Shown here piece after piece: positions 25,496-39,033 of a DNA stretch of 64,000 nt (position 1 is the stretch's first letter; every line of letters begins with the position of its first letter). Made by a program: the position numbers and the translations under genes. Source of the stretch: Marsupella aquatica (lineage: Eukaryota > Plantae > Marchantiophyta); the NCBI GenBank assembly GCA_973895155.1, contig OZ316894.1, forward strand, positions 21,733,867 to 21,797,866, written 5' to 3'. The notes under the pieces were generated by a model. The model searched no databases, was not told where the DNA came from, and saw only the letters and a list, made by a program, of their open reading frames with translations.

Positions 25496-28288
25496 TCTGA
25501 GTGACACAAAGATCCACAAGGGAGAATTTGTTGAGCACAGACACTCTGTCAGTTATAAAATCTATACTATAATTTGCAATCAAGACCTACCAATTTGACC
25601 AAACTCTACCAATTTGTGGCCAGTTTTGTAAAGTGAAGCAACAAGCCATAATTTCTCTGGTAACCAATTTTTTTAATATGTAGACTATGCTTGTGAGTGG
25701 AGATGAACATGGGGAGTCTCGGTAAAGACAGGTCAACGGAGACGAAAACACAGGTATTCAGGTTAGGAATGAACCACTCAAGGTAGTGAAATAAAAATAT
25801 ATGTTGATAACCCGGTTGATAAACATGGAATCATCTCAATACTATCATAGTTCTAATTTTCTACTAATTCCATAGTTTGCTCTGATGTATTTTCCCAGTC
25901 AAATTTTGTGATTGTAAGGGAAAACTATGAATTTGCTATAATTTTGTCTACCCAAAACAGTTCTTCAATTTCCTGAAGTTTTTCCAATGAAAGCTTTTTC
26001 TTCTTGGAAAGAAGTAACGAAAGTTTGAGATTAGAGCTCACATTGAGGAGATCTCATAGGGAGAGCTTATGTTGAGTGAAGTTGGTGATATGATAGACCA
26101 TGAGGTTTAAACTTAAGACTCTGATGGAGCCAAGCACTTTCTAAACACCCAAAAAATGATGTTTCTACATCAGGGAGGTGCTATGTGAGTAAAAACAACG
26201 ATTTAGAATAGTCCATGTGAGTTGTGAAAGTCCATCCAAGCATTTTGTCAAACAGTCTAGTCTACAAGAGCTTTTGAAAAAATGTTAATGTTGCCCCGGA
26301 CATTTTTTGCTCCTCTTTTGGACATTCTTTGGATAATGTTTTTGAAAATTTACATACAAAAATATAGCATAATGCTTTATGAGTCTACTACAGAAATCCA
26401 TAAGAACCATGTGCAAGTAAACATATGTAGATTTGAGTGATATTCTCAAAAACAAATTAAAGCCTATGAGGTAAAGAAGATAGCATACACATGTATTAAA
26501 AATATATATTCCGTAATTGTATCTTTTACAAAGTAAGATACATCCATGAAGGTGGAAATAAAAAATAAATTAGAAAAATTTCTTTATAAAATTATTTATA
26601 TTGAAAATATGCTATTGCACGTGGTATTTCACAGCATACTTTCAGTTAACCCCCTAGATGAAGAGGGTGTTAGCAAAAAATTTGAAAGAATTCCTTCAGA
26701 TAGTTTTCCTTTAGGTCTCACTAGGAGCCCTGGTAACACAATAGAGCCCTCATAACACATGCCAGCCTGGCCTGTGTGTTGTGAAATGCGTGTAACCTTT
26801 CAACCACTTTAGTATCAATGCAATCCCACTAACACTCTTCCATGTTTACAATCTTGTAAGGAGTGAAAAATGTCAAGCCATGCTTCTAAAGTTTTTTTGC
26901 CTCCAATGGAGTGCCCAAGGAGGGATCTACAATATTGTCTTGGGTAGGGGGCTGTGTAGCTGGAAGTGGGCAAGCTATAGTATCAACTACCACAACATCT
27001 ATTCCCCACAAAAGTGGTACATATTTGTCCATTTAGAAACCAGCTTTTGGAGGGAATCCATGACAACCTTATGATTGATTCTCACAGTTTCTTGGCCATT
27101 GGATTATCTGAAAATGGGACAGGCTATAAACTTAACCAAATGTATAGGAGTATGTGTGCAATGAATACAATTCACATGGGTAAATATGGTACACAAAGTG
27201 CAAGGTATACATATATAGACTACACTTCATCATTAGTGGATAAGAGGGAATGACAACTAGCGGGAACGATGCAAAACATGACTATTTGTTTTTGAGACAA
27301 TTCAAAGAAAAACAGTTCCACCTTGTAATTCTAAAAATAATGGAAAACTGAAAAGTAGCATCTCAAATAAACAAAGTAAGGGGTGGACAGGAGGTATAAG
27401 AAAATAATCTTTGGATGGGTTATGATTAATATAGTCCTCAGATGAAAACTATATTCATAACAAAACAAACATATGATAACATTGTTATTGTCAGTAAGGA
27501 TAATACTATAGTAACAAAGCATGCTAATCTAGTAATAAAAAATACCTCAAGGCTGTGAAAGAAAATTCATAGTGTTTTTGTTGCGATTTTGCTGCAAAGT
27601 TTGATTCCACTCTTCTTCTGCGGCCATGCAACTAGGTCACGATTGTGTGTATCAACATTCCTTTGAGCTTGTTGAAATGATGACATTGTTTGAATCCATC
27701 ACCAATAGGTCTGTTCAATGTATATGGATTTGTCACACTAGGCCCTCCATACTCATTGAAGATTGTAGCAGCTTGTTGCCATGGTGCATGTGTGTTATCC
27801 AAAGATCTACCTTGTACATCATTGTGTTGCTTAAAAACAACATTTTTGCTTCCCTCCGGATGATGCCCTTGTATGCTAGTGTGTTGTTGAACAAAGTATG
27901 ATTTTCTTGGATCGACATCATTGTGGACATTCAATGATGGATAAACCCAAGATGATTTTGGTTGGGAGGCATTACAAAGTCTGAATACAATGATGCATGA
28001 TCTTCATCTTCGATTTGAGACTCGTCAATTGTAGGATACATCTCAAAATCCATTTTATTCTCCCAATCACTTGCATCACTTAGCTAAGCTAGTTGTTTCC
28101 CTGTTGAGCGGTGGCTGTTTCGCTCCCCGTTGTGGCGTTTGGGTGTCTCTTGCGCTGGTCTTCTGGGGTTTTGTGGCATGTGTGTGGGCCTTTGGGCTGG
28201 TTATTCTCCGTGCCGCTGGTTTTCGCCGCGGTTTCTTTGAATATCAATGTGCGCATCGTCGCTCCTTTTCTTAAAAATAAAAGAAAAA

Positions 28289-28390
28289 TTACATTCTGCA
28301 AGTCGCAATAGGCTGACAAATGATCGAGCAAAGGATTTAATGTTTGTAATCACAAACATGAGAGTTGAAAAAGGACTTACAAAAGTTTGA
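28289..28390 (+). mobile_element. hAT transposase C-terminal dimerisation-domain remnant
   Basis: Translates LHSASRNRLTNDRAKDLMFVITNMR, matching the hAT H-x-K-x-RNRL...DLVFV-x-x-N motif; followed by an acidic tail in a shifted frame. Confidence 0.65.
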
Positions 28391-28899
28391 AACCCCCATA
28401 CGTTTATATATAAACGTTATGAGGAAAGAAGAGCAACAAATGATGGTGTTAGGATATTATCCATAGAGTGTTTTGACAATGAAGGGTATGATGCAACACA
28501 TGCGGCTCTTGGACAAGAAGATGTCAAAGATTTTGAGACCATTGATGATGCCGATGAAGCACTGCAAGGATTATCATTAGATAAAGATGGTGACTTCTTG
28601 ATGCGTATTCCACCGGATCAACTCGGGCCGAGAGTGGATCAAGATCAGCCAGCATTTCACAGTCATAATGTGAGTCCACTGGCTAAGCCATATTTTAAGA
28701 ATAGTGGGCCGCACACCCCAGCATCTATGATATCTATCACAGTTGGACCTGAGTCTCTCATGCACAAGGCGGTAAAATTCAGCACACTCAGTCTCATGTT
28801 TCTCTAAGCAGTTGATCCTACTTTGAGTTCTAAACTTAATTCTAAAATCAATCATCAGAAATGACAACGCGTGGGGTGCAATCTCTTGTCGCAAATCTG

Positions 28900-29480
28900 T
28901 CAGTCATCAGAGAAAGCCCAGTTAAAGTCTTGTGCAGGCGCCGAGCCTTAGTTGCGCTTCTGGTACATTGAAGTGTGGCATGGACAGTCACCGCAGTCCC
29001 ATGCAAGATGAGTTGCAGGGGAAACGGGTGGCATTGGCATGGTAAGTGCGTTGTCATCTCTCCATCCAAATGCTACTGATCATCTGATGAATCAGCAAGA
29101 GGTAGTCGGGGTTTCTCCTTTGTGACCAAATGGTAGTGTCCATCTTTCCAAAAAAAGAACAGCCACTGGCTTTGTGTAGCCCGGTTCCCTCGGCAATGTG
29201 TTCAAGTTGATTCCGGTGAGGTCTCAATCTGGGTCATTCAAAGAACATGTGTTCCATAGTTTCAATGTGCTCTGTACAAGCAATGCACATCCCATCTCCT
29301 ACTTCCCACTTAAGAGCACAGACTATGGCGCTACTGTTACAGCCCAGGGACTAGGCCGCGCTTCTGCTGCAGCCCATGGATGAGGCGTGAATTCTGTTGT
29401 AACCATCAGCAACCATAACTCAGTGGCATCTCAATTGGAATTCAACTTGAAAACCATGTTTTACAAAACTCCTTCAGGTA
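28900..29480 (-). mobile_element. Decayed L1-clade LINE ORF2 C-terminus (zf-RVT region)
   Basis: Minus strand reads GDGMCIACTEHIETMEHMFFE*P (CxxC...ETxEHxFFxC with the last Cys mutated to stop) and SSIWMER*QRTY (IWxERNxRxF). Confidence 0.75.
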
Positions 29481-29817
29481 GCTACTGTAGTAACCCAAAT
29501 TGATAGCCAGACGTTCCAAATGAAAGCTTTTGATTTATTTATAATATGTGCAGGCTGAATCATCAAGTTAGTGTATGCTAAGAGAATAGGGTAGTCACGT
29601 GTCGATTCTCGTGACGCGTTGGCAAACTCGAACGAAAACACGGACAGAAGCAGGAACATGTTGACGATTGTAGCCACAACAGCAGAGCGCACCGAACGAC
29701 CCATGGTTGATAAGCAGGATCGCGGTATTCCAAAGAGAGCAATCCAGATCAAAGAAGATCAAACAGAGTGGACCGGCGAGCTCGATCAGGTCTGATTGAC
29801 AGAATTTCAGATGTGAG

Positions 29818-29982
29818 TTAAGAGACGGATTTTATAGTCGGGGGGTTTGGTTTAGGTCAAGGGGGTTGGTTCAGGTTGAGTCGGGTCGGGCCGGGAAGGG
29901 GTGGTCGGGGAAGGGTGGTAGGGTTTGGGAGAGTCCGGGACCGGGCTGGGGATGGTTCAGGAAATTTCGGTCCTGGCCGGGG
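29818..29982. repeat. G-rich strand-asymmetric tract (GGG/CCGGG runs), probable TE subterminal region with G-quadruplex potential
   Basis: Dense ggg/cgggt/ccggg runs read directly. Confidence 0.5.
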
Positions 29983-31153
29983 AATATAGAGGAATATCCA
30001 ACAAATGACCCATTTTTGAACCGACAAGTTGTCATTTGTCATGTCCAAGAGTGAAAACCGGGCTCATGAAGTTCAACTCCGAATTGTACGTGGATTTTGA
30101 AACCAAACTCGATTGTCACTAGGTGATCAACGCACATGCAAAGCAGTATGATTGCGCACCTTTGCTTTCTAGACATTTACTGACAACATGACCTCTAGAT
30201 TGTAACTGCACGAACTACAGGGTAATTGCTAACAAAGTCCAGTAAGATTTCAGCATGCCAACTGACCCCTTAAACCACCAAAAGTGTTTTATTTTCCACT
30301 TCTTCCCTCCTTGTCTTTGCATAGGATGCTCCTCTTGTTCTATCATTTCATAAGACTCGTGGTCACCAGGAGTATGCAAGGGACAGTGGGAGCGTCCATC
30401 CCAGATTTGCCCAATTTTTCCTTTCACCCTAACCTACTCCATGCTAAGGTAGGTCATATTATTGAACTTACCATATAATGGTGTGTTTAATGATAAAAAA
30501 ATATTTGCCATGGTTCTTGGTAAACTAAGACTATCTAGCTAACTATTCTCTATCTCTATCTCTACACAATATATTATGCAATCCCACCATTTTCCCCCTT
30601 GGTCTGTTTGGGTGGGTTTCAAAACCACACAAAACCAAATAAACCATACAAACACCACACGAACTATTTACATTAGATAATTATGGTAGAGGGAGCTATT
30701 CCGCAGTCAGTACTCAATTCACATGCACTTGCAGTTCACTAAATTTAGACTTCAACTAGAAGATACTTCATTCTGATTAAGAACAATCCAGATGAAGTTA
30801 GTGGTCAAAACTCCTCGAAGGACACGAAAGAGGACCTTACAGTAAGGCAAAAACTCCTCGTCTTGACAGTCCTCGTCTTGAAACTAACTGTCAATGCATG
30901 CGTTGAAACTTCTATTAGAGAAAATACTTAGCCAGGTAGTTCCCGGGGTATCCATCTCGCACAGTTGCCTTCAATAGTTCCCTCTGCCGTTATGACCCAA
31001 GTTAATGAAATAGGCAGTGATTTTTGTTCTCCCACCTACAGTGCCGCAGTAGCTTACAGTAGCTTACAGTAGCTTTCCACTGCTTCTATCCATTAATTCC
31101 GCACTTCCAGATCGAGGTTCATGACCTACCCCGGAGATTGAAGCAATAGGCTT

Positions 31154-31361
31154 AACTGTGCATATGCACAGGTATTGGGGCTAGTACCTCAGAAAAATGC
31201 AAACTGTGCATATGCACCGGTATTGGAGCTAGGCAGTAACTGTTCATATGCTCGAGTATTGGAGCTAGTACCTCTGAAAATGCTAAACTGTGCATATGCA
31301 AGAGCATTGGGACTAGTACCTCTGGAAATATGCACAGGTATTGGGACCAGTACCTCTGGAA
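31154..31361. repeat. Imperfect ~36-48-bp tandem array
   Basis: aactgtgcatatgcac(a)ggtattgg(a/g)gctagtacctc recurs about 5 times. Confidence 0.85.
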
Positions 31362-32295
31362 ATGGCTGTTCTGTGCAAACTCACCTCGAGTATTTCTTAT
31401 ACTTACAGTTATCTCTTGTTTCTCACGAGATGTCGGCTTCTAAAGAACTTACAGAAGAGAAAAATCAACCAGTGGTCCCAGGAGTCCCTAGGCTCCTATG
31501 ACAGACAGATAAACTAAAGGTGGGATGGGATGGATAGTACAAAGGAGCCTGTTTTTTACATTTACACCCACTATAAGAGCTTCAGTATGGATTCCAAAAT
31601 CTTTTGGGGGTCAGAAGTTACTATTTTAGGTTTTGGCAAAACTTCGTCTGAAAAGAACTGTAGGGTGCTCTGACTTTTGACATTGAAATGCTTTCACCTT
31701 AAAGCCCCACTAGCCCCGATGCAAAATCTCGTGGATCCAGGTTACTAAATAAGTCCAAAACGTTCTCAAGATAGTGAAAATTCCACTCTATTGTCCTCCC
31801 CTAACCTGATGGCCAGTGGCGATTTAAGGTAAGAATAGACCTGATTCAGGGTTGACCACTCTAAGGTGGATCTAATCTGGAAAACCTTCTTCGTGCATTT
31901 TTTAGATTTCATCTTCCAGATCCTCCATTTCGTGATTAAATTACACATGATGTTTGGATTGGGTTTGACCAGCGGCTACTAACGTAGGATGCAGTCATAG
32001 ATTTTGGAGACATATGACGGCTCTAAGGTCCAGGTCCGACGTCGGATGCAGATAAATCAGCAGGGAGTCGCACTAAGCATTAGTCATCAAAGGAAAGAAA
32101 ACAATCGTACACATTCAGAACGATTTTAACTGTAAACTTTATTTGATCCTCCACAACCTTCCTGCACAGAGTGAGATAGAAAAAGAGATAAAAGTGATCT
32201 CTGCGATGCGCTTCTACACCATCTGCAAAAGCGACTTTTGGTGGATTGGCAGGCCTTCAATAACCTAGAGTGAGACTAAACTGAGGGAAAGGTGA

Positions 32296-34223
32296 TCAAG
32301 AGGATGGACTGACACCAAAAGACTTCACAATGTTGCTTACTCTCTCTGTAAAAGCAGGAGACGTGATTCTCTTCCCTGGAACATGGAAAGGATTTGATGC
32401 TGCATCAACATAAGCTGCATGAAAGCGTCGGAAAAACTGCAACGCAGAGCATGAATCATTTCTCAATCCGATCGCTGGTCTATGTTTAGTGAAAGCCTGT
32501 TTTTTGTAAACCCTTCAAAGTTTTTTTCCTACTCTGGTAGTGGCTGGGAACCTTCCAGACTTGCAACACAGCTAGATGGACGAACAAGCAGCAATTCAAG
32601 GCGAGCAAGAGGAACACTTACATTTCTAACATCGGCATCTCTCAAATCGTGATCTGTTGTCACTAGAATGAATTTTATTTTCGTGTTGCTCAGATACCCA
32701 AATCTGTTTGCAGTCACAACTAACTTGAGTGAGCTTGTATTTCCTGGCACTACAATAGCTATATATGCAATAGCTATCATGCTCTGTTTTTACCTAATTT
32801 ACGGGCCCTGAACCACTGACCCAGATCAGGTCAAGCATCGTCATCCAAGGTAACAGCTAATGTTCTCTAACTATAAGCTCAATCTGACGACACACTCGAC
32901 ACAGCTGGAAGGCAGCCCATAACATGCACCTCCTCGGGACATCTGCATTGCGGCTCAACATGCCGGAGCACATTGAACCCTAAAGCACATGGAGGTTCTC
33001 TTCATCGGTTCGAAGCAATGTCCTTTCTTAGAATTCACGAGAAAGAAGACTCATAAGTTAATCTATTTGTGGAGCTCCAACAAGATGAACAGCTTCGATT
33101 CGGAGCTGAGAACCTGAACCTAACTCAAAGTTTGTTGTTACTTTAATTTCACAATGATAGGCGAACGGGAAGAAATTGATGTCCAGCGACAACGCCAATG
33201 ACAGAATCTATAAGCATCCTATCCGTCATTCATTTCCTCATTATCTTCCCAGTCCAATTATTAGCCCGTCATTTAGTTTCTTTAAGCCAGCATTCTCTAA
33301 CACCACGGAAAAGTCGACTTACTGAGCAATGATCTGAACCGCAGCGAAGTAGACATTTTCCTTAGGCATTGTACGAGTTGCTTACACTTTATAATCTTCA
33401 GTGGGATAGAGAAGGCCGAGGAACGTCTCGTTCAGGCTCACACCGAGCTTTTTGGGATTATTCACTGAATACAGAACACTGAATTTTAGTGCAGAACGCA
33501 AAGTGTACTGAACACGCAGAATAGGTCCTCAGAAACAAGCCACATAAGCCGCGTGGCTACTCAAATGACCATGCGCATTCACGTTTACCAAGGTACTCCC
33601 GATCAATGGCTGTCATGACACCCTAATAGATCTTTTATCCTGATGCACAGAAGAATATAGAAGAGCGGCTGATACAAATTGTGAATTCACGGGAAGAGAA
33701 GACAATCACGTTCATGATCTGAGGTAAGATATGACATACAACAATCGCTGATGTAGAGATCTAAGAATCGTCTCAATCCAGGGAACGGACATCTTACAGT
33801 AAGAGAATGCAACACCCACCCTTTTCATCTATGACATCGAGGGAACAGTGCACGATGTAGTGAAATTTCAGGGCATCGTCCCCGTTCGCAAAACTTTGCA
33901 GATAGAGAGGATTGTTCTGCACACAAGACATCCAGCGAAAAAACGGACACAAAGGTTTTTCATCAAGGTTCAAAGACCAAGAAAAGGACTGTTCTGTTCC
34001 CCAAGGTCGGTGTAACATGTGTGATACATTGAAGCAAGTGATTGGTGGAACATAAGCTCTTAAGATTGAGCTGCGAGAAGGGATGGCTCCCAAATTGGAA
34101 AATGAAATTGATATTCCAATTGTAGTTGCAAGAGCGAACGGTTTATAGAAATCCGAGTGTAATTATATGGATTGGTACTTGTAGACCCACCTGCTGACCA
34201 ACGACAGCCACGCACACAATCAT
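32296..34223 (-). CDS. TRAPPC2L: Trafficking protein particle complex subunit 2-like (Tca17/sedlin family)
   Basis: Exons 34223-34191, 33916-33820, 33464-33386, 32703-32622, 32436-32296 give MIVCVAVVGQQNNPLYLQSF...LKFHYIVHCSLDVIDEK...[27 protein letters not shown]...FHAAYVDAASNPFHVPGKRITS. Confidence 0.96.
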
Positions 34224-34339
34224 GCTGACACCGTCTCTCTCCTCTGCGAGATGCTCTCGGTTTTTTCTATCTGTTGTGCCTTTTCATTCAGTGGCAGACG
34301 AGCGAGCGGAGGAGCAACTGAGAGGCTGGGAGGGGCATT

Positions 34340-34609
34340 TGCAGGGGCCTCATTATGTATAGGGTAATGCAAGTCTGGGCGGAGGGTTACTGGGCTGTAA
34401 CCTTGCGGGGTTACTAGTCTATAACCTTAAGTCCTGAATATGGAAAGAAGGTGACCAGCGGCTTCTTTGAATATTCCGGGAGCAGGTTATAAGGTTATAG
34501 TGTATAACCCCAGCCCTGCCCTACTATAGCCTAAGTAACTCCTGCTCGGAAAGAGGTTACTGGCTCAACTTTTCAGGATAGCGAATTATGACTATAGCAG
34601 GCCCCTGCA
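34340..34609. mobile_element. Foldback/MITE-like element immediately upstream of TRAPPC2L
   Basis: Perfect 11-bp terminal inverted repeat TGCAGGGGCCT/AGGCCCCTGCA plus internal inverted blocks (tataacctta/taaggttata, gaatatggaaagaag/cttctttgaatattc). Confidence 0.7.
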
Positions 34610-34623
34610 GAAATGTATACGGC

Positions 34624-34748
34624 TAAGGACCAGGGCTATCCCTTCATGGGATATAAAGGCGACCATATATATGGTCGATCCGCGTATGCGGGGAGACCGT
34701 ATATATGAGAGACTGTTTATCCCATTAAGGGATTAGCCCCGGTCTTTA
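34624..34748. mobile_element. 125-bp hairpin MITE (Tourist/PIF-Harbinger-like)
   Basis: taaggaccagggctatcccttcatgggata pairs with tatcccattaagggattagccccggtcttta; TAA/TTA at the ends. Confidence 0.7.
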
Positions 34749-36024
34749 CCTGTTCGTTAAGGTAGGAAACATTGACATATCAAAGTTCTTTGAGTATTTT
34801 CATTTTTTATTACAAGACTCAGTTTACCTGGATTTTGAATTTGCAATTGTTGTCCCAAACACTCCGCATACACATCTACCTCAGGACAAAAAGCAGTCAG
34901 ATCACAGACTGTATAAATATACGGTTATTTTTAATGAGATATAATCAAAGTCGAAAGTGCTAACGTGGCAGCAGCCTAAAGGCCCAAAAAGCAAAATACC
35001 ACCCTAATGACCTCAACGGTTACACACCGGTAACCTCTTCTCCTCATAGGAATTACGGAACTTTGGTTCTTCTCTTTTGGCGCTCGTAATCCAGGTTTAG
35101 GGAGTTGGTTACCTGCGTGTAACGTTTTTCCGTCCATGCTCACCATTTCCATAATCTATGACCCTAACACAGCGGTTATTCATAATCAGACTACGAAACC
35201 CCATAATGGCCATTATGGAATCTTGTAATAAGCCTACGGAATTGGAATATTCAGCAGCAAAAAATAATTCTGTCCATTTAAAAAGGCACATTCTGTTAAG
35301 TCATTTTTCCATCCATGCACCATCTAAATGCAGTGGGATGTTCCGTTGGAATTATCACTGAACTTGATGTATATACTCCCAAAAGATAATTTGCGTGCGC
35401 CTCTTTTCATTGGTTAGACAGGTAGTAGCCGGTAACCAAAACTCAAAAACTGGATTACATACGTTAATGTAGGTTTTGATGGCGATTACATGGGGCCTAC
35501 TGGGGTTCCCAGGTCCCTCCAGAATGTTTCCCGGCTACGCCTGTTAACTTTCTGTCAGAACCTGGTCTCCCCATTATGCCCCCGTAATCCCCCTCTAAAC
35601 CTTTGTTATCTTATACTTCGAACAACATTTTGGGTTGTTGGCTTTGGCCCTTTGGGGGCTGGTTTCCTGGCTCCTTGGCTCTATTTGGCGAGAAGGTTTT
35701 GGTGCCTAGGAGCCTTCTCAACTGGTTGGATTTCTGCTCCGGCCTCGTGACCGGCCTTGGCCTAGTCCGAGGTCTGGCGTTCTTACTCCTGGCTCTGAGC
35801 TGGGATTGGATTGTGACCTTGGGGAGCACGTTGTGGTGTGGCTTCTTGGTGATCTGATCGGAGGGGGTGCCTTTGCGACTGCACCCTTTGCGTTGGGCAG
35901 CAGACATTTTTGACGTGTGGGTGTTGTCACTACCGGGTCGAGGTTCTTTGTTTTGGACATCCATCCTTTGTTTTTGTTTTTGTTGTCGCTTTTGTAATGT
36001 TTTCTGTTTTTGTTTGACTTTCAA

Positions 36025-38563
36025 TCGCGGAACTCGACTACCTTAACACTTAGCTCCGGCGTCGCTGACTCCAACGCCGAGCTCCCTTATGGTCCAGGCC
36101 CGGATAGGCCATCCGGGGAGGACTTACCACGGGGAGACTTGTGGGCAATGAGACGTGGCACTAGCGAGGCAAGGGGCCAAGCTGGGGACACACACTAAGG
36201 ACTTGGACTAGCCTATGGCTGGTCGGGTCAAGGCAAATGGGCCGGGCTCAAGGATGGTCGTCTGGACTGTCGGATGGACTTTGAGTTTTGAGGGCTTGGG
36301 AGTGAGCTCCTCTTGGGCCCAAGGCCAATGGAGTTGACGCCATTGGCAACGGACGCTTGGGGTGCAAGTTGTGGCCCGATCCGGGTTGGGCCGGTCGGGG
36401 GCCGCGAGCGGCGATCAGACCGGAGGGCCTAGGCATGAGCACTGGGTCGGCCCGGTCACAACGGGCTAAGGCACTCCGCTTGCGGATGCCTATCAAGAAA
36501 GTTCTGGGCGTTGCCAGTTGGTGGCGCGCCCATTATGCGCGATGGGATCCGGGTTGGGGGCCAAATGTTTAGGGACCAAAGCTGGTCCGGGGGTGGCAGG
36601 TCTCCAGAAGCATATATGAGGGGAGTGGTGTCTCCCTGGGGGCTAAGGCCGAGCCGAAGTCGTGAGCCGTGGCGGTCGCGACACTAAGGGAAACCGTCAA
36701 ACGGAAATGGCCATATCTTCCCAATGGGAAGTCCGTTGGAGGACTTCTTGGGTGTGTTGGAAAGCTAGAGCTCAGTTGGGTCTGGGGGTGCCGTGGGTTC
36801 TTGTGGTTTGCGGGTGTTAGCTCGCCCGCTTGCCAAATCTTGCCGAACAGCAGCCAAACCACGTTCAGTCTCCCAAGGGAGCTTGCGTTGGGGAGGCAAG
36901 GCCAAGTAGGTGTGGAGGCTGAGTTCCAAGGGAGCTCGGCCCCTAGACCACCAGTGGGGTGAACCAAGAGCGGTTGCTAGAGTCGGGGCCGTTCTGGTCC
37001 CGGCGTGTTGGGACAAGCTTAGGACAAGCTTTGGGACAAGCTATGCTATTTGGGCCATGAGCATGTCCTGAGGTCAGGGCGGTCAATTGGTGATGGATAG
37101 GTACAAGGGGGAACCCGGGCCGCGCCCAAGGAAGGAGCTGTCTTGGATGGATAGTGGGCGTGGGCTCTGGTTTTGGCTTATGGCATCGGGAGGACCTATC
37201 ACTGACCTATTTACCAACGTATGTTGAGCTTGAGTTAGGAGGCTAGACTTGGAGGGTTCTAGTCGCGGAACTCGACTACCTTAACACTTAGCTCCGGCGT
37301 CGCTGACTCCAACGCCGAGCTCCCTTATGACCTTAACACTTAGCTCCGGCGTCGCTGACTCCAACGCCGAGCTCCCTTATGGTCCAGGCCCGGATAGGCC
37401 ATCCGGGGAGGACTTAGCATGGGGAGACGTGTGGGCAATGAGACGTGGCACTAGCGAGGCAAGGGGCCAAGCTGGGGACACATACTAAGGACTTGGACTA
37501 GACTATGACTGGTCGGGTCAAGGGCAAATGGGTCGGGCTCAAGGATGGTCGTTTGGACCATCGGATGGACTTTGAGTTCTAAGGGCTTGGGAGTGAGCTC
37601 CTCTTGGGCCCAAGGCCAATGGAGTTGACGTCATTGGCAACGGACGCTTGGGGTGCAAGTTGTGGCCCGATCCGGGTTGGGCCGGTCGGGGGCCGCGAGC
37701 GGCGATCAGACCGGAGGGCCTAGGCATGAGCACTGGGTCGGCCCGGTCACAACGGGCTAAGGCACTCCGCTTGCGGATGCCTATCAAGAAAGTTCTGGGC
37801 GTTGCCAGTTGGTGGCGCGCCCATTATGCGCGATGGGATCCGGGTTGGGGGCCAAATGTTTAGGGACCAAAGCTGATCCGGGGGTGGCAGGTCTCCAGAA
37901 GCATATATGAGGGGAGTGGTGTCTCCCTGGGGGCTAAGGCCGAGCCGAAGTCGTGAGCCGCGGTGGTCGCGACACTAAGGGAAACCGCCAAACGGAAATG
38001 GCGATATTTTCCCAACGGGAAGTCCGTTGGAGGACTTCTTGGGTGCATTGGAAAGCTCTTGAGGAGGGCTACGTCCTCCTGAGCTTAGATGGGTCCGGGG
38101 ATGCCATGGGTTCTCGTGGTTTGCGGGTGTTAGCTCACCCGCTTGCCAAATCCTTTCGAACAACAGCCAAGCCGCGTTCAGTCTCCCAAGGGAGCTTGCG
38201 CTGGGGAGGCAAGGCCAAGTAGGTATGGAGGCTGAGTCCCAAGGGCGCTCGGTCCCTAGACCATCAGTGGGGCGAACCGGGAGCGGTTGTTAGGATCGGG
38301 GCCGTTCTGGTCCCAGCGTGTTGAGACAAGCTTGGGACAAGCTACGCTATTTGGGCCATGAGCATGTCCTGGGGTCAGGGCGGTCAGTTGGTGATGGATA
38401 GGTACGAGGGGGAACCCCGGCCGCGCCCAAGGAAGGAACTGTTCTGGACAAACAGTGGGCATGGGTTCTGGTTCCGGCTTATGGCGTCGGGAGGACCTAT
38501 CGCTGACCTATTTACCAACGTCTGTTGAGCTTGAGTTAGGATGCTAGACTGGACGAGTTCTAG
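36025..38563. repeat. Two head-to-tail GC-rich ~1.25-1.3-kb units (36025-37262, 37263-38563)
   Basis: Both start tcgcggaactcgactacc and end gttctag. Duplicated ORF translations (36248 vs 37539; 36357 vs 37648). Unit 2 has an extra ~52-bp internal duplication. Confidence 0.93.
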
Positions 38564-39033
38564 ATCCGGAGGGGTTACTTACCGGGGTGCTTGGTTGCTT
38601 GTGCAGATAGTGAGGACTGTTGAGTAGCGGTCGTGTAGGTGAGCAAGTGCGGCTTTGTATGGGAGTGGCCGCAGGTGGTGCTAGAGGCACTTGGATGCTT
38701 GCTCAAGGTATTCCGTGGAGGCGTTTGGGCACCAAGGGCACTTAGGCGCAAGTGCTGGGATTGGTGAGGGCACTGGGTGGCGAGGTCCACCACTGTTCTA
38801 GATCCTGAAGGGTTACTTACCGAGGCGCTTGGTTGCTTGTGCAGATAGAGAGGACCGTTGAGTAGCGGTTGTGTTAGAGAGCAAGTGCGGCTTCGTATGG
38901 GAGGGGCCGCTGGCGGTGCAAGGGGAACTTGGTTGCTTGCTCGAGGTATTCCGTGGAGGCGTTCGGGCACCAAGGGCACTTGGGCGTGAGTGCTGGGATT
39001 GGTGAGGGCGCTGGGTGGCGAGGTTCACCACTC
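38557..39033. repeat. Two tandem ~238-bp GC-rich units
   Basis: gttctagatcc...ggttacttacc...ggtggcgaggt(c/t)caccact starts at 38557 and 38795. Confidence 0.9.

Noticed and set aside
27626-27934. ORFs of 65-100 aa on both strands
   Set aside because: No recognisable domain and stops in alternative frames; probably decayed TE sequence.
35490-36024. Trp-rich ORFs followed by a T-rich tail, possibly a LINE 3' end
   Set aside because: No diagnostic motif recognised; too weak to call.
36040-36200. Possible HDV or hammerhead ribozyme at the start of the GC-rich units
   Set aside because: I could not fit the nested double pseudoknot or the CUGANGA/GAAA cores by eye; only a simple stem is supported.
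38574-38590. TACTTACC motif resembling the U1 snRNA 5' end (also ~38814)
   Set aside because: Downstream sequence lacks U1 stem-loops and an Sm site; equally explained as a minus-strand GTAAGT donor-like word.
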